DNA from: Thermococcus kodakarensis KOD1
Lineage (GTDB): Archaea; Methanobacteriota_B; Thermococci; Thermococcales; Thermococcaceae
Assembly: GCF_000009965.1 (NCBI RefSeq)
Contig: NC_006624.1
Coordinates: forward strand, 1,890,001 to 1,922,000
Direction of reading: 5' to 3'
Length of the DNA: 32,000 nucleotides
The notes beneath the pieces were generated by a model. That model worked only from the letters and a program-made list of their open reading frames with translations, did no database searches and was not told where the DNA came from. The position numbers were made by a program, and so were the translations under genes. Of the stretch, positions 25,616 through 32,000 are shown piece after piece. The first letter of the stretch is position 1; every line of letters begins with the position of its first letter.

Positions 25616-25843
25616 ATGTTCGGCCGCCGCAAGGATATGGTCTATAAGGTTTTGAGCACTAAGAAGAGGGCAGTTGCCCTCCAAAAGCTGAGCGCAGAGC
25701 TTGAAACCCCTGCCCCAGCGCTGCTTAAGACCGTCAAGGAGCTTGAGTCTGAGGGCCTCGTTGAGGTCTTCTACGGCGTTGATAAAGCCTCCATTATGGT
25801 TCGGGCCAAAACACTTGAGGACTACTTCGGCTCTGAAGTGTAA
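25616..25843 (+). CDS. Small winged-helix-like protein upstream of the MinD/ParA-type ATPase
   Basis: 75 aa. The segment AVALQKLSAELETPAPALLKTVKELESEGLVEV looks like a wHTH recognition region. TATA-like GTTTATTTA is at 25574-25582. An alternative ATG is at 25637. Confidence 0.55.
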   Translation: MFGRRKDMVYKVLSTKKRAVALQKLSAELETPAPALLKTVKELESEGLVEVFYGVDKASIMVRAKTLEDYFGSEV

Positions 25844-25884
25844 CTGGTCACAATAAGCAAACGAGAAGAGGAGAGCTGATTAAC

Positions 25885-26715
25885 ATGGTTGCCGTTGTGG
25901 TCACTGGAAGGGGTGGGGCAGGAAAAACAACGATGAGCGCGAACCTCTCAACTTATTTTTCTTTGAACGGCTATAAAACGCTCGTCATTGACGGCGACCT
26001 ATACCTCCCAAAGCTGGCCTTTCATTTTGGTATCTACAACCCCGTCACAAACCTCCATACTCTTCTATCTACTCCTGATGCTAGACTCAAGGACGCTATC
26101 TACCACGACGTCAAGACAGGGGTTGATGTTCTTCCTGGCAGTTCAAAGCTGTTTGATATCCTCACCATGGATGAAAAGCGGCTCAGAGATATTGTGCGTG
26201 ACGCGGCGGAGAATTACGATGTGACGTTCATAGACTCCCCCGTTGGAATTCCCTTTGATACCATCTCTACCTTCAGGCTCGCCCAGTACCAGCTCATCAT
26301 CGTGGAGCTTGGCAGATGTCCAGTTCACTCCTTCAGGAAGATGGTGGAGAACGAGGTGGACAAGCTTAAAGCCCTTGGAGAAGCCTACGGTCTCAAAGTT
26401 GGAGTCATACTGAACAAGGTCCGCGAGGAAAAGCCAATAGTTGATGACATCGTTGAGTACCTTGAGGAGAGCGTTGGCGTTCCCGTTGTGGGCATAGTTT
26501 CCTTTGACCCCGCCGTTCCAGCGAGTCAAAACAGGGGTATTCCTGTTGTTGTGAACGTCCCGCACTCCCATGCAGCCCGGGACATCAGGATGGCCGGCGA
26601 TGTCCTTAGGGAGTGGATCTTTGGTGTAGAAATGAAAAGAAGTTTGCTCGATAGCTTTCTTGATACACTCCGTTCACTCTTTCTGAGGCTCTTTCCTTCT
26701 GGCAAAAAGCTCTGA
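25885..26715 (+). CDS. minD: MinD/ParA-family P-loop ATPase (archaeal MinD homologue)
   Basis: 276 aa with deviant Walker [14 protein letters not shown], Walker B-like VTFIDSP and C-terminal amphipathic [28 protein letters not shown] lies upstream. Confidence 0.85.
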   Translation: MVAVVVTGRGGAGKTTMSANLSTYFSLNGYKTLVIDGDLYLPKLAFHFGIYNPVTNLHTLLSTPDARLKDAIYHDVKTGVDVLPGSSKLFDILTMDEKRLRDIVRDAAENYDVTFIDSPVGIPFDTISTFRLAQYQLIIVELGRCPVHSFRKMVENEVDKLKALGEAYGLKVGVILNKVREEKPIVDDIVEYLEESVGVPVVGIVSFDPAVPASQNRGIPVVVNVPHSHAARDIRMAGDVLREWIFGVEMKRSLLDSFLDTLRSLFLRLFPSGKKL

Positions 26716-27243
26716 GACCCTGACCAGTGGGAGGAAAGTGTATTTTGCACCTATGGTCTCTTCGGCCCCTTCCTCTCTGTCAACGACAACCATTATGGCC
26801 GCTATTTCTGCCCCCTCCCTTTCGAGAACTTCTGCTGCCCTCAAGACGCTTCCACCCGTTGTAGTGACGTCCTCGACAAGAAGAACTTTATCACCTGCTT
26901 TAACCTCACCCTCAAGCTGGCTTCCGGTTCCGTGTCCCTTTGGCTTTTTTCTTACGATGACGAGCGGTTTTTCAGTCTCCAGAGCAAGGGCAGTGGCTAT
27001 CGGGACGGCTCCGAGTTCCGGCCCGGCAACCCTGTCAAAGGTTATCCCTCTTTTCTGTGCTTCCCCTGCCATGAGCTTTGCTATGAGCTTGAGTGCGCGA
27101 GGCTTGGTGCTGAGCTTCTTGACGTTTATGTAGTAGTTGCTCTCCTTCCCCGACGTCAGTATGAAGCGGCCAAATAGTATCGCTTCCTCGTCAAAAAACA
27201 TCCTGATGAGTTCATCTTTTGAGTCACTCATGGTAATCCCCAT
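26674..27243 (-). CDS. pyrE: Orotate phosphoribosyltransferase
   Basis: PRPP-binding motif [13 protein letters not shown] and the [15 protein letters not shown]-terminal pattern. The start is either ATG 27243 (SD only 3 nt away) or ATG 27231. Confidence 0.9.
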   Translation of the reverse strand: MGITMSDSKDELIRMFFDEEAILFGRFILTSGKESNYYINVKKLSTKPRALKLIAKLMAGEAQKRGITFDRVAGPELGAVPIATALALETEKPLVIVRKKPKGHGTGSQLEGEVKAGDKVLLVEDVTTTGGSVLRAAEVLEREGAEIAAIMVVVDREEGAEETIGAKYTFLPLVRVSELFARRKEPQKE

Positions 27244-27262
27244 GATTCACCTTTGGGTTTAA

Positions 27263-27270
27263 GTATAAAA
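27263..27270 (+). promoter_or_regulatory. TATA-like box (gtataaaa) for the PrsW-like gene
   Basis: It lies 30 nt upstream of ATG 27300. The 10-nt palindrome AAAAGCTTTT (27281-27290) lies between the TATA box and the start. Confidence 0.4.
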
Positions 27271-27299
27271 AACTGCCGGGAAAAGCTTTTAATGTAATC

Positions 27300-28073
27300 A
27301 TGGAAAGTGTTAACGGTGATATTATGGTCAGTGTAATCATGCTGATACTTTACTTGATATCCGCCCTGTTGGTGGGGGTAAAGCTGTACGGAAAGGTTGA
27401 TAACTGGCTCTCTACCCTGGACAGGATAACTCCTATAGTGGAAACAGGGAAAGCCCTGAAGTATGGATTTCTGGCTTTTATGTTGGCTGTCGTTCTTGAA
27501 CTCCTTGCGTTGTATTTCATTTTTTCTGATGCGGGCCTTCTGTTCCTGCCGCTCGTAGCCGGTTTTGTAGAGGAAGGAGTGAAGCTCTTTCCATATCTCC
27601 GTGGTGGAGATGAGCTCTACCGCTGGAGGCTGACAGTCAAAGTTGCTTTGATATTCGCGGTTATAGAGGCCGTTCTTTATGGAGTGACTCTTTTCTTCTC
27701 CGGCAACATCCTGGGTGCTCTCCTCAGAGTTGTCGTGGTCATGTATCACGTCTCCTTCACGGCGATCGCCCTCGAAATGGCTCTAAGGGGCTCTCTCCTT
27801 TCGGGCTACCTGAAGGCGGCGTTGCTTCACACCCTCTACGACGCTCCTGTTTTTGTAACATTGGCAGCTTCGGACCTTTCTCTGCTGGCTTCCATTCTGG
27901 GAATCGTCGCGATCGTGTACACCTACTATCGTGTGGACGAAGCCTTTGAATTGGCTCACAGAAAAGCTAGGGAAGCTCTGGAGGAAAGAAAAAGGAAAGC
28001 TCGGGAGTTCTGGGAGGGAAAAGGAATCTCACTCGCCGAGGATGAGGGAGGGGAGTTCACTTCTTCGCCTTGA
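27300..28073 (+). CDS. PrsW-family intramembrane protease-like membrane protein
   Basis: Polytopic membrane protein with EExxK (VEEGVKL) and HxxxD (LHTLYD) motifs. It has a charged C-terminal tail ([13 protein letters not shown]). An alternative start, ATG 27324, is preceded by GGTGA. Confidence 0.65.
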   Translation: MESVNGDIMVSVIMLILYLISALLVGVKLYGKVDNWLSTLDRITPIVETGKALKYGFLAFMLAVVLELLALYFIFSDAGLLFLPLVAGFVEEGVKLFPYLRGGDELYRWRLTVKVALIFAVIEAVLYGVTLFFSGNILGALLRVVVVMYHVSFTAIALEMALRGSLLSGYLKAALLHTLYDAPVFVTLAASDLSLLASILGIVAIVYTYYRVDEAFELAHRKAREALEERKRKAREFWEGKGISLAEDEGGEFTSSP

Positions 28074-29745
28074 ACCTCTCCTGGAGCTCGTAGAGCTCCG
28101 CCACCCTTTCAATTGTGTCGGCCTCTTCTGGGCTTTTGTCTTCCCTAAGGGCGACGTAGCGCGGGAATCTCAGGGCGAAGCCGCTCTTGTACTTCGGGCT
28201 CTTCTGTATCTCCTGGTAGGTGACCTCAATGACGAACTTCGGCTCTATCTCGACGAACTTGCCTTCCTGGCGTACTATGTATGGCTTGAGCATCTTCGTG
28301 AACTCGACCAAGTCCTCGTCTGTGAAGCCGCTCCCGACTTTACCCACAGGCAGGAACTCGCCGCTGTGCGGGTCGTAGGCAGCAACGAGGAACGAACCAA
28401 GCAGATGGGCCCTCCTTCCCTCTCCCCACTCTGCACCGATGATGACGAGATCGAGGTTCTCCATCGTGGGCTTAATCTTGAGCCACTTCTTGCCTCTGTT
28501 CCCCGGTTCGTAGATGGAATCAAGCCTCTTTGCCATAAGCCCCTCATGGCCGAGCTCAAGTGCTCTCCTGTAGAAGGCCTCCGCTTCCTCAACTTTCTTT
28601 GTTATAAGCTGTTCGGCGAGCTTTATCTTCTCGCTCTCCTTCACTATTTCTTCAAGCTTATTCCTCCTGTCGATGAACTTAGTCTCTATCAGGCTCTCGC
28701 CGTCAACGAACATGACGTCGAAGAGATTCAGTTCGAGCGGTATCTTCTCTATCATCTCGTCGATGTTGTACTTCCTCCTGAAGCGCCTAAGCACGTATTG
28801 GAAGGGCCTTGGCCGTCCATTTTCTCCAACTGCGACAAGTTCTCCCTCGACTATGGCTTTCTCTGGCTTCAGGGCCGCTTTTATGGCCTCAATGACTTCT
28901 GGGATTGATCTCGTGACGTTCTCAAGCCTTCTGGAATACACGATGACTTTGTCCCCGTCCTTGTGCACCTGTACTCTCGCGCCATCGTACTTTATCTCGA
29001 AGGCCGCTTCCCCACCCATCTCGATGAGGGCATCTTTAACACTGGCCGCGTTCTGGGCAAGCATCGGCCTGATCGGCTTGCCTATCTGTATCCTGACCTT
29101 TGAGAGCCCCTCGTTGCCCTCGAGCTTGGCTATCTTGGCAACGTATCCGAAGTCGCTCGTCAGCATGTAAGCCCTCTCAACGAGCTCTGGCTTCACCCTG
29201 AAGGCTTCAGCTATTGCATCCCTAAGAATTCCCTCAGCGACTCCAGTGCGCATCGTCCCCAAAACCGTCCTCGCCAGGTACTTGCCTTCCTCCGGTTCAG
29301 CGTCCATGAAGAGGTTGGCGAGGTACTTCATCTTCCTGTCCTGGCTTCCTTCGCCTTGGGCCTCCGCTATCTTGACAAAGGTGTCGTAAACACGCTTTAT
29401 CGTGAGCGGCTGTGAGAAGAAGCTCTTCTGCTTCTTTTTCTTTATGGCCAAAGCAACGCTCTCTCCCAGGTCGCCAGTGTCCCTAACGGAGTCTTCTATC
29501 TCCTTTTCGGGGACTCCCGTTGCCATAGAGACAGCTTTTATTAGGAGCTTCTCTCCCACGCCTAGCTCCCTCTCGTCCCAATCGGGAAAGACCTTTCCGA
29601 GGATTAGGTATGGAACTATCTCAAGGAGCTCGTCTGGAGTCTTTTTTAAAAAATCGGCAACGAACTTTGTCTTCAGGGTCTTGAGCGTGGTCTTTTCGAG
29701 CCGTCTATAGAGATCGGCCAGTTCAGAGTAGCGCATATCGCTCAT
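28057..29745 (-). CDS. lig: ATP-dependent DNA ligase
   Basis: Adenylation motif I FEIKYDG, plus EGLMAK and [15 protein letters not shown] motifs. ATG 29745 gives 562 aa. The track GTG 29754 lies in the SD GGTGGTGAG. Confidence 0.95.
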   Translation of the reverse strand: MSDMRYSELADLYRRLEKTTLKTLKTKFVADFLKKTPDELLEIVPYLILGKVFPDWDERELGVGEKLLIKAVSMATGVPEKEIEDSVRDTGDLGESVALAIKKKKQKSFFSQPLTIKRVYDTFVKIAEAQGEGSQDRKMKYLANLFMDAEPEEGKYLARTVLGTMRTGVAEGILRDAIAEAFRVKPELVERAYMLTSDFGYVAKIAKLEGNEGLSKVRIQIGKPIRPMLAQNAASVKDALIEMGGEAAFEIKYDGARVQVHKDGDKVIVYSRRLENVTRSIPEVIEAIKAALKPEKAIVEGELVAVGENGRPRPFQYVLRRFRRKYNIDEMIEKIPLELNLFDVMFVDGESLIETKFIDRRNKLEEIVKESEKIKLAEQLITKKVEEAEAFYRRALELGHEGLMAKRLDSIYEPGNRGKKWLKIKPTMENLDLVIIGAEWGEGRRAHLLGSFLVAAYDPHSGEFLPVGKVGSGFTDEDLVEFTKMLKPYIVRQEGKFVEIEPKFVIEVTYQEIQKSPKYKSGFALRFPRYVALREDKSPEEADTIERVAELYELQERFKAKK

Positions 29746-29792
29746 TCTCACCACCGGATAAAATACGGCAAGGAGAATAAAAGGGTAGCGGG

Positions 29793-30695
29793 CTACCCGA
29801 CCCAGCGCCCGACCTTCGGCCTCTCGGTGTATATCTCGGCTATGTCGTAGGGAAGGTTCATATCACTCAGCAACTGCTTTGCCTTTTCAGCTTCTTCGTC
29901 TCTTACGAGTGCAAAAAGCCCCTTTCCGAGCATTATCATTGAGCTCGGGTTCTTCAGGACTTTATCAAGCTCTCTCGCTATCTCGGAGAGTTCTCCCGGG
30001 AGAAGACCTGTCTTTTCTGCAAAGTTTCTGGCCAGAACCATCATTCTCTCTGGCTTCGGCTCCTTTAGGAGTTCTTCAAGCGCCTTTCTGCCCTCGACTT
30101 CGATGGCCTTTACAACGTCCCCGTCGAGCACTTCCCTTGTGGACAGCCTGCCTAGGGGCACAACGAGAACTTTGTAGTCCTCGAAGAACAGGTTGTCAGT
30201 AACCCCGATTCCAGGACCTCCTGGTTTAATTCTCACCTCAATTCCACCAGCGAGCTGTCCGATCACATCTCCAAGGCCACCCTTATGCTTTACCTCTGCC
30301 TCATGGGCAAGCTGAGCCGCTCTAAGCCACGTCCCGCCGAAGGCGTAGCTTAAAGCTAGAGCCGTTCCAAGGGCACCACCGGCGCTGTTTCCGAAGCCGT
30401 AGCCGTTGGGGAAGTCGAAGTACTGCCATACCTCAACCTCTCCAAGGAAGTCCTTGGGTACGAGCTTTTCCGCAACGTAGTATGTGATCTCCGCTTCTTC
30501 CCTTTTCACGGGTTCCCCGTTGAAGGCGACGTGGATGTGCCTCTCCAGCGTCCCAGTCTCGATGCTGGCGAAGACGTTGGTGCCCTTCGAGAGGTTCACA
30601 CCAGCGCCGAGCGAACCTGCCTTCAGCGGCTCTTCGTGGAACACCGGCACGAAGAACGCCGTTATGTGGGCTGGAATAAACGCCCTGATGAGCAT
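29793..30695 (-). CDS. Pantoate kinase (archaeal CoA pathway, GHMP kinase superfamily)
   Basis: 300 aa with GHMP motif [17 protein letters not shown]. The [12 protein letters not shown]-terminus and the adjacency to lig fit what I recall of T. kodakarensis pantoate kinase (TK2141). This is unverified. Confidence 0.75.
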   Translation of the reverse strand: MLIRAFIPAHITAFFVPVFHEEPLKAGSLGAGVNLSKGTNVFASIETGTLERHIHVAFNGEPVKREEAEITYYVAEKLVPKDFLGEVEVWQYFDFPNGYGFGNSAGGALGTALALSYAFGGTWLRAAQLAHEAEVKHKGGLGDVIGQLAGGIEVRIKPGGPGIGVTDNLFFEDYKVLVVPLGRLSTREVLDGDVVKAIEVEGRKALEELLKEPKPERMMVLARNFAEKTGLLPGELSEIARELDKVLKNPSSMIMLGKGLFALVRDEEAEKAKQLLSDMNLPYDIAEIYTERPKVGRWVG

Positions 30696-30770
30696 GCTTT
30701 CACCCCAGAATTGTTCAGAAGAGGCTCTTAAAAGCCTTTCAGGATATAAAAGGAAAGAAGAGGTTGAAGT

Positions 30771-32000
30771 TCACTCCTCAACGACGTAGATGGGCACCTT
30801 TCCGTGCGGGATGCCGTACTTCTTGCCGTACCACTCGCTGAGGACGTACCAAGCAGCCACGAGGAGCACTATTCCAAGCGGTAGAAGTATTATCCAGCTC
30901 CTGACTCCAAGGCCGAAGAGCAGGTAGAGCACTGCACCTATGCTCGCCACAGTAACAGCGTAGGGTATCTGGGTTGTAACGTGGTCGATGTGGTCCGAGC
31001 CGGAGAACATCGAGCTCATAATCGTTGTGTCGCTTATCGGTGAGCAGTGGTCTCCAAAGATTGCCCCGGTAAAGGTCGCCCCGATCGTGGCAAAGACTAT
31101 TTCGTTCACGTGGCCGCCAGTAAAGGCGAGAGCCAGCTGAACTCCCAGCGGAACCATTACTGAGAATGTTCCCCAGCTCGTTCCCGTTGTGAACGCCACA
31201 AACATTGCCGCCAGGAACATTATCAGCGGCATCCACGGGCCGAGGTCCTGGCCAGAGCTGGTGGCGAGGTTTATCACATAGCTTCCGGTTCCGACGGAGT
31301 CAGCCGCAGTTCCGAGAGTCCACGCAAGCACGAGTATAGTGTTTGCGAAGAGCATCTGCTTCATACCGCGGATGACGGTGTCTTCCCACTGCTCTACGGT
31401 CATCTTCTTCCGGCCGACGAGCATTATGCTCGCAACGAGAACCATGGTGAAGGATCCCCATAGCAAGGCTGTTGCGGCGTCTGCTTCCCTGAATGCGTCA
31501 ACGAACCCATAATCTGTGAAGTGGACCCCAAAGGGATTGTCGAGCTCAGTCCACCAGTCGAGTCCCTGATCGTATGCGTAGAGGTTGGCCGCTCCAGTAT
31601 ACCACAGGCCGAGGAGTGAGACTATCACTAGGGTCAGGATGGGTATCACGAAGTCCCAGGGACTTCCGTTTGGCTGTGGAGCGCCAAGGTCGGTTTCAGT
31701 GGTCATAAGCGGCTTAGCTCCGTCGCGGAGAACCTTTCCCGTAGTCCTTGCGCGGTACTCGGCATGGAGCATCGGACCGTAGTGCCTGTGGGTGTAGGCA
31801 ACGATGAAGACCAGAATTATAGCTAGAATTGAGTAGAACCTGAACGGAAGGCTTGAGAGCCATGCATCGTAGGAGTTGTAAGTAATTCCGACACCGTCAA
31901 ATCCCTTGCCTATCATGGCCAGCTCGTATCCAATCCACGTTGATATCAGCGCAAGGCCCGCAACCGGTGCCGCGGTTGAATCATCTATGTATGCCAGCAT
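30771..32000 (-). CDS. NhaC-family Na+/H+ antiporter-type transporter (5'-truncated by the window end)
   Basis: The ORF is open to position 32000. It is a highly hydrophobic polytopic protein with an NhaC-like C-terminal region (GTSWGTFSVMVP, GDHCSPISDTT). The initial M in the track is an edge artefact. Confidence 0.7.
   Translation of the reverse strand: MLAYIDDSTAAPVAGLALISTWIGYELAMIGKGFDGVGITYNSYDAWLSSLPFRFYSILAIILVFIVAYTHRHYGPMLHAEYRARTTGKVLRDGAKPLMTTETDLGAPQPNGSPWDFVIPILTLVIVSLLGLWYTGAANLYAYDQGLDWWTELDNPFGVHFTDYGFVDAFREADAATALLWGSFTMVLVASIMLVGRKKMTVEQWEDTVIRGMKQMLFANTILVLAWTLGTAADSVGTGSYVINLATSSGQDLGPWMPLIMFLAAMFVAFTTGTSWGTFSVMVPLGVQLALAFTGGHVNEIVFATIGATFTGAIFGDHCSPISDTTIMSSMFSGSDHIDHVTTQIPYAVTVASIGAVLYLLFGLGVRSWIILLPLGIVLLVAAWYVLSEWYGKKYGIPHGKVPIYVVEE

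Noticed and set aside
27228-27749. 173-aa minus-strand ORF antisense to the PrsW-like gene
   Set aside because: The plus-strand frame gives coherent TM helices and protease motifs. The minus-strand product has no hydrophobic organisation or start signals and overlaps the pyrE start.
27931-28908. 325-aa plus-strand ORF antisense to the DNA ligase gene (also 28275..28592 and 28673..29170)
   Set aside because: The ligase frame carries unmistakable motifs (KYDG, EGLMAK). The antisense product is Leu/Arg-rich with low complexity and no start context, so it is a shadow ORF.

Overview
Gene-dense (about 90% coding) chromosomal segment of a Thermococcus-type hyperthermophilic euryarchaeon. This is indicated by GGTGA-type Shine-Dalgarno sequences, TTTATAAA-type TATA boxes, C1-G72 tRNA-Tyr, CDP-archaeol synthase, Kae1, pantoate kinase and an ATP-dependent DNA ligase. 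I support 35 CDS and 2 tRNAs (Gln-UUG, Tyr-GUA), mostly housekeeping: CoA biosynthesis (PPAT, pantoate kinase), Ubl/E1/MoaE sulfur-carrier genes, RNA methyltransferases, TIM, NAD kinase, PyrE and DNA ligase. From memory, the gene order fits the T. kodakarensis region around TK2108-TK2142 (LipS1 TK2109, ACS alpha TK2127, PPAT TK2128, ligase TK2140, pantoate kinase TK2141). That is recollection, not a search result. Many ORF-track starts are GTG codons lying inside the SD (GGTGGTG); I moved these to the downstream ATG. Three things stand out. (1) A 1.1-kb non-coding, AT-rich stretch between tRNA-Gln and a cobA-like gene consists of four tandem, hairpin-rich repeat units, with a 134-nt core kept at about 94% identity and compensatory stem changes. 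(2) The 5' end of the LipS1-like radical SAM gene is duplicated around a GC-hairpin, inverted-repeat-bounded insert. This creates an in-frame upstream ORF and a long structured leader containing a T6 tract. (3) A SPASM-domain protein has lost the radical-SAM CxxxCxxC motif and sits next to a fused tandem Lrp/AsnC-like regulator in a lower-GC patch. No CRISPR array, IS element, integrase or rRNA is visible.
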